Source of the DNA: Flavobacteriales bacterium
GTDB lineage: Bacteria > Bacteroidota > Bacteroidia > B-17B0 > Aurantibacillaceae
DNA length: 56,124 nt
NCBI GenBank assembly: GCA_040382975.1
Contig: JBEIEI010000001.1
Location: 1-56,124 of the forward strand
Direction: 5' to 3'
The notes under the pieces are model-generated. The model made no database searches. It was given only the letters and a program-made list of their open reading frames with translations, and was not told the DNA's origin. Each line of letters opens with the position of its first letter. The first letter of the stretch is position 1. Both the position numbers and the translations under genes were made by a program. Of the stretch, positions 28,329 through 39,026 are shown piece after piece.

Positions 28329-30926
28329 TTGGAAAACACACCCGAAATAACGCCAGAAAAGAGATCAATTTTTAAAAGAATTTTAAAGATCTTTTTTTAT
28401 CTGATTCTTACGGGAATTATTATTTGTATTTCTTTAGTAAGTTTATTATTCATTTATCAAGACGATGTAAAAAAAGTATTGTTGGGCGAAATAAATAAAC
28501 ACCTTAAAGCAGAAGTAAAGATCGACCCTAAAAATATTGACCTGACAATCCTAAAAACCTTTCCGGATTGCTCGATGGAATTTAAAAATATATTAATGCT
28601 GGAGGCCTTACAAGTAAAAAAACGTGATACGCTTTTGTTTGCCGAACAGCTGAATTTACATTTCAACATCAGCGACCTGTGGAGTAAAAAATATAACATA
28701 AAAAAGATCAAACTTAAAAATGGTCTCGTAAAGCCGGGCATAACAAAAAGCGGCACGCCTAATTATATTTTCTGGGAAGAAGGACCGGATAATAGTAAAG
28801 GTAAAAACGACTCTATAAATTTTAATTTAAATTTAATTGAGTTGGAAGATTTTAGAGTAATTTACCGCGACAGACAAACAACTTTTAAAACAGACCTTCT
28901 AATTAAAACATTGAGTTTTTCTGGCAACTTTAGCGATGAGGAGTATGATCTTAAGACTGAAGGAAAACTATATGTAAATCAGATTACTTCAAACAAAAAA
29001 TCATTATTAAAGAATAAGAATTGTAATTTGAACGTTGATCTAAAAGTTAAAGGCAGTAATTATGTGTTTGAAAAAACACAAGCTACCATTAACAAGATGC
29101 GCTTTAATGTGGATGGAAATTTTGCTTATAAAGATAGTTTGCAAACCATGGATATAAACTACAGCGCTGCTGATCTCGATATTGCAACTGTTTTGTCCTT
29201 GTTACCGGAAGATCAGCAACAAAAGGCAAATGATTACAAAAGTTCAGGAGATTTTTATACAAACGGAAATTTTAATTATTCAGGACGATCAAAATTTAAG
29301 TTAGAAAGTAAATTTGGAATTAAGAATGCAGAAATAACCTATAAACCAACATCTACAACTGCAAAGAACGTAAATATAAACGGCGATTTAATTTACTCTA
29401 ACACTAATTCTAAACTTGACCTCACCAATGTTTATCTTAAATTAAATACTGACGAAATAAAAGGTAGTTTTTCTGTCCAAAATTTTTCCGATCCGTTTTT
29501 ACATTTTATTGTTGACGCAAGCGCAAACCTAGAAAACCTTCAAAGTTTCTGGCCTATAGATACATTAAGTAAACTTAAGGGTAATGTAAAAATTAATTCG
29601 GAAGTTGAAGGATTACTCCGCGATCTTAAAAACGAAACATTTTCAACTAAAGTAAAATTAGATCTTGAGGCTTCGGTTTCTAATATAGAAGCACAATTTA
29701 AAGGAGACGAAAATATTTTTGCGATAGAGAACTGCTCTGTTACAGCAAAAGATAGAGAGGTGGAGGTTAAAGACCTGAAATTAAAAAGAGGGAGTTCTGA
29801 CATTTTATTGAACGGAAAAATACCGGGAATATTCAATTATTTATCAGATAAAACAGCCCCACTAATAATTACAGGAAATTTATTTTCTAATTATTTTAAG
29901 CTAGAAGATTTTATGATGAAGTATAAGGCTTCAGAGGATAGGTCTACACCCTTGATACCAAACAATATTCAGTTTAAATTAAATGCCGCTATATTAAAAT
30001 TCAGTTACGCGAAATTTGAAGCGCAATCCATAACCGGTGAAATTGAAATTAAAAATCAAAAAGCAATTATCAGCGACATGAGACTTCAAACGATGCAAGG
30101 CGAAGCAGAGATAGATGCCTTTGCAGATAATTCTAACAACAAACTTGATGTTGTTTTACAAAGCAAATTAAAAAACATAAACATTAGCAATATGTTTTTA
30201 CAGTTAAACAATTTTGGCCAAACTACTTTGCAGGAAAATAATATAAAAGGTTATGCAACAGCCGACCTTGATTTTTCTGGAAGCTGGAGCAATGCTTTAG
30301 ATCCAAACCTTAAATCTATCAAATCAAACATAAACTTAACTATTGATAGGGGCGAACTAATAGATTTTAAACCTTTATTAAGCTTATCAAAATTTGTGGA
30401 TATCCAAGATCTTCAAAAAATTAAGTTTTCCAGTTTAAAAAGTAATATTGAAATAAAGGATAAAACTATCTTTTTGCCAAGCACATCCATAAAAAACTCG
30501 GCCTTAAACATTATTTTTTGGGGAACACATTCGTTCGAGAATGATATTAATTATCATATAGAATTATTGATAAGCGAATTACTTGCTAAAAAACGCAAGG
30601 ACAACGACGAGGAGTTTGGCCCTGTTGAAAACGATCCGGATAATAAACGCAGCGCTTTTATTTTAATGACCGGAACGGTTGATAAGCCGATCATAAAATA
30701 CGATCGAAAAGGCTTAAAAGAAAACATTAAAAAAGATATAAAAGAAGAGAAGCAGAATTTAAAACAATTGTTGAAGGAGGAATTTGGCTTGTTTAAAAAA
30801 GACACAAGCTCTTTAAAACCCAAGGAGAAAGCTGATCAGGCTTTTGAATTAGAAAAGCCCAACAATAAAAAGCCTAAAATAACGTTAGAGCCAAAGAAGA
30901 AAAAAGATGATGACGATGATTTTTAA
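28329..30926 (+). CDS. AsmA-like intermembrane bridge protein
   Basis: N-terminal TM anchor and long beta-rich body with an AsmA-like C-terminal region (GTHSFENDINY); TTG start. Confidence 0.75.
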   Translation: MENTPEITPEKRSIFKRILKIFFYLILTGIIICISLVSLLFIYQDDVKKVLLGEINKHLKAEVKIDPKNIDLTILKTFPDCSMEFKNILMLEALQVKKRDTLLFAEQLNLHFNISDLWSKKYNIKKIKLKNGLVKPGITKSGTPNYIFWEEGPDNSKGKNDSINFNLNLIELEDFRVIYRDRQTTFKTDLLIKTLSFSGNFSDEEYDLKTEGKLYVNQITSNKKSLLKNKNCNLNVDLKVKGSNYVFEKTQATINKMRFNVDGNFAYKDSLQTMDINYSAADLDIATVLSLLPEDQQQKANDYKSSGDFYTNGNFNYSGRSKFKLESKFGIKNAEITYKPTSTTAKNVNINGDLIYSNTNSKLDLTNVYLKLNTDEIKGSFSVQNFSDPFLHFIVDASANLENLQSFWPIDTLSKLKGNVKINSEVEGLLRDLKNETFSTKVKLDLEASVSNIEAQFKGDENIFAIENCSVTAKDREVEVKDLKLKRGSSDILLNGKIPGIFNYLSDKTAPLIITGNLFSNYFKLEDFMMKYKASEDRSTPLIPNNIQFKLNAAILKFSYAKFEAQSITGEIEIKNQKAIISDMRLQTMQGEAEIDAFADNSNNKLDVVLQSKLKNINISNMFLQLNNFGQTTLQENNIKGYATADLDFSGSWSNALDPNLKSIKSNINLTIDRGELIDFKPLLSLSKFVDIQDLQKIKFSSLKSNIEIKDKTIFLPSTSIKNSALNIIFWGTHSFENDINYHIELLISELLAKKRKDNDEEFGPVENDPDNKRSAFILMTGTVDKPIIKYDRKGLKENIKKDIKEEKQNLKQLLKEEFGLFKKDTSSLKPKEKADQAFELEKPNNKKPKITLEPKKKKDDDDDF

Positions 30927-30951
30927 AAATCGTATCTTTAATTAAATTTTA

Positions 30952-32457
30952 GTGGTGAATATTTACAATAAAAAACAGCGATGGAAATTGGGGCTTGCAG
31001 CAGCAGCGTTGTTAATTATTATTGTTTCCTTATGGTACACCAAAAATCTCGTAAAAAAGATCTCTTCCAGCGAAAAAGAAAAAGTTGAATTGTGGGCCAA
31101 GGCCGTGCAAAAAAAGGCCAACCTTGTAAAATTTACAAACGAGTTATTCGAAAAAATTAAAACCGGCGAGCGCAAAAAAGCTGAGCTTTATGCTGAAGCA
31201 ACAAAGCAACTAAGCGCCGATGCTCAAGACGTATCGTTCGTGTTAAAAGTATTACAGGAAAACACTTCTGTTCCTGTAATTTTAACTAATGAGAACGATG
31301 AAATTCAGATTTCAAGAAACTTAGATTCTACTCGAGAAAAAGACAAAGTTTATTTGCAAGAACAATTGGAAATAATGAAAGAACTTTATCCTCCGGTAGA
31401 AATAAATGTATACAGAGGAATTAAGCAAAAATTATATCATAAAGACAGTAGAGTGTTTAGTGATATAAAGCTAGTGTTTGATAGTTTAATTAAATCATTT
31501 ATAACCGAAGTTGCAGTAAACTCGGCCGCAGTACCTGTTATATATACGAATAGCGCAAAAGATAAGATCATTGCTTTAGGAAAAATTGATTCTTCTGAAG
31601 TGGATACACCAGAAAAATTAAAACACAAATTAAAAGAACTTTCGGCTGAGAATGCGCCAATAAAAGTTGACTTAGGCGAAGGAACAAGCGATTTTATTTT
31701 TTATGCCCCATCGGAATTACTCACTCAACTTAAATACTACCCTTATGTACAATTCGGCGCCATTGGATTGTTTTTATTGATAGCCTATATTCTTTTTAGT
31801 ACCGCTCGCAAAGCCGAGCAAGATCAGGTTTGGGTTGGCATGAGCAAAGAAACCGCGCATCAGCTGGGAACACCTCTTTCATCCTTAATGGCTTGGAATG
31901 AGCACTTAAGGGGTGTAGGCGTTGATGATTCTATCGTTAGCGAAATGCAACAAGATGTTAAACGGTTAAACACAATTACAGATAGGTTTAGTAAAATTGG
32001 TTCGCAACCTACACTGGTGCCATCTAACATTAATCAGGTTTTAATTTATTCGGTTGAGTATTTAAAAAACCGCACATCAAAAAACACTAAATACTCCTTA
32101 AAGCTACCCGAAGAGAATCTGCAAGTGCATTTATGCGTTCCTTTATTTGAATGGGTGATCGAAAATATTTGTAAAAACGCTGTTGATGCAATGGAAGGGA
32201 AAGGAGAAATTGAAGTTGCGCTAATTGATGTACCGGAAGGATTGTTCGTAGATATTTCAGACACAGGGAAAGGAATTCCAAAATCAAAATTCAAAACCGT
32301 TTTTGAGCCCGGCTACACGTCAAAACAAAGAGGGTGGGGATTAGGCTTAAGTTTATGTAAACGAATCATTGAAAACTACCACAACGGAAAAATTTATGTT
32401 CTAAAAAGCGAAATTAATAAAGGAACAACGTTTAGAATAGAATTAAAACGAGAGTAA
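30952..32457 (+). CDS. Membrane sensor histidine kinase
   Basis: Two TMs; H-box KETAHQLGTPLSSL; N-box ENICKNAVDA; G-boxes DTGKG and GWGLGLS. Confidence 0.93.
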   Translation: MVNIYNKKQRWKLGLAAAALLIIIVSLWYTKNLVKKISSSEKEKVELWAKAVQKKANLVKFTNELFEKIKTGERKKAELYAEATKQLSADAQDVSFVLKVLQENTSVPVILTNENDEIQISRNLDSTREKDKVYLQEQLEIMKELYPPVEINVYRGIKQKLYHKDSRVFSDIKLVFDSLIKSFITEVAVNSAAVPVIYTNSAKDKIIALGKIDSSEVDTPEKLKHKLKELSAENAPIKVDLGEGTSDFIFYAPSELLTQLKYYPYVQFGAIGLFLLIAYILFSTARKAEQDQVWVGMSKETAHQLGTPLSSLMAWNEHLRGVGVDDSIVSEMQQDVKRLNTITDRFSKIGSQPTLVPSNINQVLIYSVEYLKNRTSKNTKYSLKLPEENLQVHLCVPLFEWVIENICKNAVDAMEGKGEIEVALIDVPEGLFVDISDTGKGIPKSKFKTVFEPGYTSKQRGWGLGLSLCKRIIENYHNGKIYVLKSEINKGTTFRIELKRE

Positions 32458-32459
32458 CA

Positions 32460-33101
32460 CTAGTGTTTCACTCTATAGACGATCGCCTCCAGGTATCTTT
32501 TTGTTCTTAATTCGCAAACCACCTCAATTTTGTCATCTACAAAACATTGTTTAAACATTGGATTCATGTATACAAACCATGTTTCAAAATTGGATGAAGA
32601 AATGATTTTACTAATTACTTTTTTTAAAACAGACTCGCTAAAAGGATTAAACAAAAAGTAAACCGTTGGTTGATTTAAATAGGTAAATTCCAAGGCATTT
32701 TCCATTATAAATTTTATGTTTGACGATTCTCTTTTAAGTAAATAGGTTTTTAAATTTTCGTTGGCAACACCTATTAATTCGCCGTCTAGATCAATACCTA
32801 TTAAATTGTCATAGCCAAAAGATTCTGCAACAAAAACAGGTCGGCCTTTTCCGCAACCAATATCAACAAAAGCAAAGTTTTTTGTTTTTGCCTCTATCGC
32901 CTTAAAGATCCTGAATAAAACAAGGTATCCTGCAGCCTGGTAATGAAAAAACTCTGTTGAGTTGCTTTTTTTGATAGACGAGGTTGTTATACCATACTTT
33001 TTTTCGTTAATTGTTTCAGCCTTAATAAGCTTGATAGTATTGATAAACCCGCGCAAGAACACGGATCTAATAAAATAAAATATATAAATAAAAACTTTCA
33101 A
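32460..33101 (-). CDS. Class I SAM-dependent methyltransferase
   Basis: FVDIGCGKGR, GIDLD, FLFNPF and VYMNP. Confidence 0.85.
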   Translation of the reverse strand: MKVFIYIFYFIRSVFLRGFINTIKLIKAETINEKKYGITTSSIKKSNSTEFFHYQAAGYLVLFRIFKAIEAKTKNFAFVDIGCGKGRPVFVAESFGYDNLIGIDLDGELIGVANENLKTYLLKRESSNIKFIMENALEFTYLNQPTVYFLFNPFSESVLKKVISKIISSSNFETWFVYMNPMFKQCFVDDKIEVVCELRTKRYLEAIVYRVKH

Positions 33102-33124
33102 CGCAATTGCTTTTTAATGTTACG

Positions 33125-33132
33125 CAAAATTA
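33125..33132 (-). promoter_or_regulatory. -7 promoter element (TAATTTTG) for the methyltransferase gene
   Basis: Exact TAnnTTTG match about 25 bp upstream of the start. Confidence 0.5.
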
Positions 33133-33234
33133 ATATCTTCATAGGCATATTTATAATTAAATTATAAAAAGACGGTGTTAGCCCGGAAAAGTTATTTCTA
33201 ATGCAACTCCGGAGCACTATAAAAATTCTCTAAT

Positions 33235-35436
33235 ATGAAAATCGATCTTGAAGCAGAGCGCAAAGAAATTCTACACAGATACAAATTATTAATAAACGCC
33301 TGTAAGCATAGATTAGAAAAAGGCGACAAAGAAATAATTAGAAAAGCCTTTGAAGTTGCTGTTGAGTCGCATAAAGAAATGAGACGCAAAAGCGGCGAAC
33401 CTTATATTTATCATCCTATTGCTGTTGCTCAAATTTGTGCCGAAGAAATTGGTTTAGGCACCACTGGAATTGTATGCGCTTTATTACATGATACTGTTGA
33501 GGATACAGATCTTACGTTGGAGGACGTGAAAGGTTTGTTCGGGGAAAAAGTATCTCAGATCATAAACGGTCTAACAAAAATTTCGGGTGTAATTGATAAT
33601 ACCTCTTCTATTCAGGCAGAGAATTTTAGAAAGGTGCTCTTAACCATGAGCGAAGATATCCGGGTTATTCTAATAAAGCTAGCTGATAGATTGCATAACA
33701 TGCGCACACTTGAGCACATGAAGCGCGAAAAACAAATGAAGATCGCAAGTGAAACATTGTTTTTGTATGCGCCATTAGCACATCGTTTGGGATTAAATAA
33801 TATTAAAACAGAACTTGAAGATCTTGGATTAAAATATACAAACTCAGAGGGTTATTATGATATTGCGGTTAAGCTACAGGAGACTGAGCCTGAGCGGAAA
33901 CGTTTTGTTCAAAAGTTCATCGAACCTCTTAAAGAGATTTTAGGTGAGCAAGGATTTAAATTTAAAATATTTGGTCGACCAAAATCTATTTTTAGCATTT
34001 ACAATAAAACTAAAACTAAAGGAGTGGCCTTTGAGGAGATTTATGATCTTTTTGCTATTCGTATCGTAATTGATACGCCGTTAGACCAAGAAAAATCAGA
34101 CTGCTGGAAAGTTTATTCCATTATTACAGATTTTTATCACCCAAGTCCTGAACGCTTAAGAGATTGGATCAGTACGCCAAAGAGCAATGGCTACGAGAGC
34201 TTACACACAACGGTTATGGGTCCGGATGGTAAGTGGGTTGAGGTCCAGATACGAACCGTTAGGATGGATGAGCTTGCCGAGAAAGGATATGCTGCACATT
34301 GGAAATATAAAGATGCCGCAGCTGATAAAGAAAGTAAGTTAGAGAATTGGTTGCAACGTATACGTGAAATGCTTGAAAACCCCGATCCAAATGCTTTGGA
34401 GTTTATGGATGATTTTAAGCTGAATTTATTTAGTGATGAATTATTTGCCTTTACGCCAAAAGGTGATATGAAAACATTACCTGTTGGCGCAACAGCATTG
34501 GATTTTGCTTTTGAGATACACACAAAAGTTGGCGAGCAATGTATAGGCGCAAAAGTAAATTTTAAATTGGTGCCATTAAGTTATGACTTAAAAAGTGGCG
34601 ACCAGGTTGAAATTCTTACAAGCAATAAACAAACACCAAAAGAAGATTGGCTTGGTTACGTTATTACTGCTAAGGCAAAATCAAAAATAAAAAGCAGTTT
34701 AAAAGAACAAAGAAAAAAAGTAGCAGAACAAGGTCGAGAGATCATGGAACGCAAATTTTATAAGCACAAACTTGATTTCACGCTTCAAAATGTAAATGAT
34801 TTTTGTCAATTCTTAAAATTACCTTCATCGCAAGAATTATTTTACCGTGCAGCGCTGGGAAATGTTGATCAAAAAGAGATCAAAGAATATTTACGTTATA
34901 AAAATAATCCGGTAAAACCAAGCCGCAAGTCTACGTCACCAAAAATAGAGCAATTGGTTACAAATGCGCGTGGCAGCAGTGATATGCTTGTTATTGGCGA
35001 CGACATGCAAAAGCTTGATTATAAACTTTCGCCGTGTTGCAATCCTATCCCCGGCGATGATGTTTTTGGTTTTATTACTATTGGCGAAGGAATAAAAATT
35101 CACAGGGTAAATTGCCCGAACGCAATAAAACTGCTTTCAAATTATGCCTACCGCGTTGTAAAAGCAAAATGGATGAACGACCAACTAATTTCGTTCTTAG
35201 CGGGAATTAAAATTATTGGAACAGATGAATTGGGTTTGGTAAATAATATTACAAAAATAATTTCAAGTGAAAATAATGTTAACATGCGCTCAATAAAATT
35301 TGATACAGATGATGGGCTTTTTGAAGGAACAATAATGGTTTATGTGCACGACACAAAGCACCTAAATCATTTAATGGACACTCTTAAAAAAGTAAAAGGT
35401 GTAACTAAGGTAGAGCGGATAGACGAAAAGGGTTAA
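33235..35436 (+). CDS. relA: Bifunctional (p)ppGpp synthetase/hydrolase (long RSH, Rel/SpoT)
   Basis: RKSGEPYIYHP, intact HD motif LLHDTVED, KLADRLHNMRTL, PKSNGYESLH, EVQIRT; TGS, ZFD (CCNP.PGD) and ACT domains. Confidence 0.95.
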   Translation: MKIDLEAERKEILHRYKLLINACKHRLEKGDKEIIRKAFEVAVESHKEMRRKSGEPYIYHPIAVAQICAEEIGLGTTGIVCALLHDTVEDTDLTLEDVKGLFGEKVSQIINGLTKISGVIDNTSSIQAENFRKVLLTMSEDIRVILIKLADRLHNMRTLEHMKREKQMKIASETLFLYAPLAHRLGLNNIKTELEDLGLKYTNSEGYYDIAVKLQETEPERKRFVQKFIEPLKEILGEQGFKFKIFGRPKSIFSIYNKTKTKGVAFEEIYDLFAIRIVIDTPLDQEKSDCWKVYSIITDFYHPSPERLRDWISTPKSNGYESLHTTVMGPDGKWVEVQIRTVRMDELAEKGYAAHWKYKDAAADKESKLENWLQRIREMLENPDPNALEFMDDFKLNLFSDELFAFTPKGDMKTLPVGATALDFAFEIHTKVGEQCIGAKVNFKLVPLSYDLKSGDQVEILTSNKQTPKEDWLGYVITAKAKSKIKSSLKEQRKKVAEQGREIMERKFYKHKLDFTLQNVNDFCQFLKLPSSQELFYRAALGNVDQKEIKEYLRYKNNPVKPSRKSTSPKIEQLVTNARGSSDMLVIGDDMQKLDYKLSPCCNPIPGDDVFGFITIGEGIKIHRVNCPNAIKLLSNYAYRVVKAKWMNDQLISFLAGIKIIGTDELGLVNNITKIISSENNVNMRSIKFDTDDGLFEGTIMVYVHDTKHLNHLMDTLKKVKGVTKVERIDEKG

Positions 35437-35996
35437 CGCTTTGGCTTAAACTCTCTGAGTTTTAATTTTTTTGCCGGATTTCCTTGATATATCCAATTAG
35501 CTTCTAAAGAACTTGTTGCAATGCTGCCAACCGTTAGTAAGCTATGACTCCCTAGTCTAACTCCCGGGCAAATAACTGTTTTTGCTCCAGCCCAAGAACC
35601 CTCATCTAAAGTTATTTCGCCAACTAAAAGATCAAAAGTTGTTCTTTTGTAATTGTGGTTGCCGCATAATAATAAAGCGCCTTGCGAAACGCAAGAGTGG
35701 CTTTTTAAAGTTACCTTTGCAAGGTTATCTATCCAAACCTCTTCACCTATCCAAACATGGTCGCCAATAACTAATAACCAAGGGTACTTGATGGAAACAT
35801 GAGGCTTAATAATCAAATCTACCCCAACTTTTGCGCCAAATAAGCGTAACAAAAACCGTTTTGGTCCATAAAACGGAAAAGGGGATTTAAAAAAGAAATA
35901 ATTAGTAAAATACCAAATAACTCTTACTAATAGCGGTCTACCTGGTTTGTACCAGTCATTGTCAAAGGTCGAAAGGTCAGTTTTTAAGGATTCCAT
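35433..35996 (-). CDS. wcaF: WcaF-family hexapeptide-repeat acetyltransferase
   Basis: LLRLFGAKVG, IKYPW.L.IGDHVWIGE, SQGALLLCGNH and GNPA. Confidence 0.85.
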   Translation of the reverse strand: MESLKTDLSTFDNDWYKPGRPLLVRVIWYFTNYFFFKSPFPFYGPKRFLLRLFGAKVGVDLIIKPHVSIKYPWLLVIGDHVWIGEEVWIDNLAKVTLKSHSCVSQGALLLCGNHNYKRTTFDLLVGEITLDEGSWAGAKTVICPGVRLGSHSLLTVGSIATSSLEANWIYQGNPAKKLKLREFKPKR

Positions 35997-37131
35997 TAAA
36001 TAGATTTTTATATAAATTAATATTCTGTTCTAGCGCAATCTTGCCGCTAATATAACTATTTGCATCCTCGCTTTTTTGCGAAAAGGCTTCTTGGTCCAAT
36101 TTGGCCATTTGTATAATTGCATTCAAGAACCCTTGTTTGTTGTTTAATGCAATTGCGTAGCCGGCATTGTGCATTTCTAAATCGTTCCATGGTGTTTGAT
36201 CGCTTATAATTGCGGGGCAGCCCGATAATAAGCTCTCAACAATTGAATGGCCGAAATTTTCGTTTAGTGTTGGAAGAAATAAGCAATTATAATTACAGAT
36301 TATTTGCTGAACCTCATTAAAAGTTAATTCGCGTTTATAGTTTACTGTAACATTTTTAGGTAGCACCTTAATTAATTCAGTGCAGCTTGTCCAATAGTCT
36401 TTATCTTCAAGATTACCATAAATGTCGTAATTAATATAAATATCAGATGGAATGTCTTTTAAAATCTCCAAGGCAAAATGCAAATTTTTTACTTCAGAAA
36501 TTCTTGACAAGAAAAAAACATCTAGCGTGTTTGGTTTTTTTATGGAGGTATTTTTAATTAGTGTTCCTGAATTTAAATTAGAGGCAATTTTAATTTTTGC
36601 CGATGAAAAATGCGATTTAATATCAAATTCCTCTTGTTTATTTGTTGCATGAAATGAAACGTATTTATACCAACCAAAAATTTTGGCCATGGTAATGTAA
36701 ATTGTTTTTTTGAATGACTTCAAACTTAAAGCACCTTTACCTAGCATGCCTCTCGGAGCAAGTAATAAGGGCGAGTCAATTAAATCTTTAATTTTTAAAC
36801 GGATAATGTTTATTGAAAACCGGAAAGACCAAAAGCTATTTAAATAAATAAGGTCGGGCTTTATCTCATTAATAAGTAAGAGAAGTGTTTCTCTATTAAA
36901 ATGGTTATCTGTAAAATAATAGTAATTAATATTTTCTTTAGTAAATAGATTGTTTGGTTTAATTGCAGAGTATTCGGTATTGCTTCCTAAATCTTTATTG
37001 GAGGTAATAATGTAAAAATCAAAATGATCTTTTAGCAATGTAACTAAAGAAAACACCGAACGCACCGGCCCGCCTGCCTTTGTGCCAGGTAAGTACCAGT
37101 CTATTAAAACAACTATTTTTGGTTTCTTCAA
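35977..37131 (-). CDS. Glycosyltransferase family 4
   Basis: GGPVRS, APRGML, FLSRIS.VKNL and ENFGHSIVE (EX7E). Confidence 0.88.
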   Translation of the reverse strand: MKKPKIVVLIDWYLPGTKAGGPVRSVFSLVTLLKDHFDFYIITSNKDLGSNTEYSAIKPNNLFTKENINYYYFTDNHFNRETLLLLINEIKPDLIYLNSFWSFRFSINIIRLKIKDLIDSPLLLAPRGMLGKGALSLKSFKKTIYITMAKIFGWYKYVSFHATNKQEEFDIKSHFSSAKIKIASNLNSGTLIKNTSIKKPNTLDVFFLSRISEVKNLHFALEILKDIPSDIYINYDIYGNLEDKDYWTSCTELIKVLPKNVTVNYKRELTFNEVQQIICNYNCLFLPTLNENFGHSIVESLLSGCPAIISDQTPWNDLEMHNAGYAIALNNKQGFLNAIIQMAKLDQEAFSQKSEDANSYISGKIALEQNINLYKNLFNGILKN

Positions 37132-37132
37132 A

Positions 37133-39022
37133 TTATACTGAAAGCTTATTTTCTTTTATCCAATTATTTAATACTACAAGGTGCCATATTCTGCTCCAGG
37201 TTATAGTGTTGTCGTTTTTTAAAAAGCGGTTCCATAAATCCACAACACCTTCTCTATTATAAAAATCATAATTTGAAAGTTCGCTTATGTTTTTTTCGCA
37301 GAATGATCTAAGATCGTTTTTTAACCACAATTGCCATGGCAGGGTAAAGCCCATTTTTGTCCGGTTAACAATTTCATTTGGTAGCAGATCGCCTAAACTG
37401 TCTATTAATAATTTTTTAGGTGTGTGTGGGATTTTTTTATCATCACTAACACCTAATACAAAATCAATTAATTTATAATCTAAAAAAGGTTCTCTAATCT
37501 CTAAAGCCACGGCCATGCTCATTTGATCAGCATCTCGCAACAAAATGTTTTGCAGGTATGTGTTTATTTCGCTTATAGATACCGAACTTAACAAATGATC
37601 TTTTATTTGTGGAACCTTTGAAACAATCGAATTTATGTTTTTATACGGATCACTGTTTTTTAAAAAAGCAGATAATTCTTTGTTAGTAAACGTGCTTCTG
37701 TTTAAAGGGTAGGCCGAATTAAAATTAATTGTTTTCTGCCCTAAGAGTTCCTCTATTTTTTTTCCTGCAATTGTTTTTTTTCTTTTTTGGATCGCATAGC
37801 CTGTAATTTTTCGGCTAAACAATGGAAGTGCATTGATCCACGTTTTTTTTTGAAGCGCCATCATACGGGTAAAAACATCGTAGCCCGCAAAAAGCTCATC
37901 ACCTCCAATACCACTTAAAGCCATTGTAACGCCAGCGCGTTTGGTTGCTTTAGAAACAATATAGGTATTTGGGCCATCACCACTTGGATGATCCATTGCA
38001 GCAAGAGCTTCAGGTAATTGATTTAAAAAATCCTGTGGCGTTAATTTAATTTCGTGATGTTGCGTATTAAATTTTTGTGCAATTAGTTTTGCATATTTCG
38101 ATTCAGAAAACTCACTTTCATCAAAACTAATATTAAAGGTTTGAATTTTTTCTGTGCTAACCTTGCTCATTAAACCAACAATTGCGCTGGAATCTATTCC
38201 TCCTGATAGAAAGGCGCCAAAAGGCACATCGGCAACTAAGCGCTGATGGACAGACTGCGTGAGCAATTCATTTACTTTATTGCAAGTTTCGGCATACGAA
38301 ATGTCTGTTATTGATTTAGAAAAATTATTCAGTGAGTAATACTCGGCTACAGTTGCGGTGTTATTTTGGTATTCGATGTAGTTACCGGGTAATAACATTT
38401 TCACACTTTTTACAATTGTGTTCGGCGCAAAAACAGTTTGATACATGGCGTATTCCCCTAGCACCTCTTTATTCAATGAAAATGTTCTTATATTTGAGTG
38501 AATGATAGGTCGAATTTCGCTTGAAAATAAAAAGCCATCATCTCCATAATAGTAATATAATGGCTTAACACCGAGGCGGTCTCTTGCAATAGTTAGTTTT
38601 TTTTCGAGCGTGTCGTAAATAGCAAATGCATACATACCATTAAATAGTTGTAAGCATTTTGTTCCGTATCTAATAAAAGCAGCAAGAACTACTTCGGTAT
38701 CTGTATTGGTTTTAAAAAAATACGGTAAATTGTTTGAACCTTGCGAAGAGCGCTGAAGTTCTAATTTTAATTCTTTATAATTATACAATTCACCATTGTA
38801 AACTATTACATATCGTTTGTTTGTAGAAAAAAAGGGTTGGTTGCCGTCTGCGCTTAAGTCAATAATCGATAACCTCCTGTGGCCGAGTGCAATTATATCA
38901 TCAGTCCAAATCCCATCATTATCAGGACCCCTATGGCTGAGCGTTAAATTCATTTTTTGAACAATTTCTTTTTTTTGTTCTGCCGTAAATGAGTTAGAGA
39001 TAAAACCGTTTATGCCACACAT
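37133..39022 (-). CDS. asnB: Asparagine synthase (glutamine-hydrolysing)-family amidotransferase, polysaccharide-associated
   Basis: MCGI, HRGPD, LGHRRLSIIDLS, YNGELYN, RDRLGVKPLY, LSGGIDSS and SG.GGDELFAGY. Confidence 0.93.
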   Translation of the reverse strand: MCGINGFISNSFTAEQKKEIVQKMNLTLSHRGPDNDGIWTDDIIALGHRRLSIIDLSADGNQPFFSTNKRYVIVYNGELYNYKELKLELQRSSQGSNNLPYFFKTNTDTEVVLAAFIRYGTKCLQLFNGMYAFAIYDTLEKKLTIARDRLGVKPLYYYYGDDGFLFSSEIRPIIHSNIRTFSLNKEVLGEYAMYQTVFAPNTIVKSVKMLLPGNYIEYQNNTATVAEYYSLNNFSKSITDISYAETCNKVNELLTQSVHQRLVADVPFGAFLSGGIDSSAIVGLMSKVSTEKIQTFNISFDESEFSESKYAKLIAQKFNTQHHEIKLTPQDFLNQLPEALAAMDHPSGDGPNTYIVSKATKRAGVTMALSGIGGDELFAGYDVFTRMMALQKKTWINALPLFSRKITGYAIQKRKKTIAGKKIEELLGQKTINFNSAYPLNRSTFTNKELSAFLKNSDPYKNINSIVSKVPQIKDHLLSSVSISEINTYLQNILLRDADQMSMAVALEIREPFLDYKLIDFVLGVSDDKKIPHTPKKLLIDSLGDLLPNEIVNRTKMGFTLPWQLWLKNDLRSFCEKNISELSNYDFYNREGVVDLWNRFLKNDNTITWSRIWHLVVLNNWIKENKLSV

Positions 39023-39026
39023 ATTT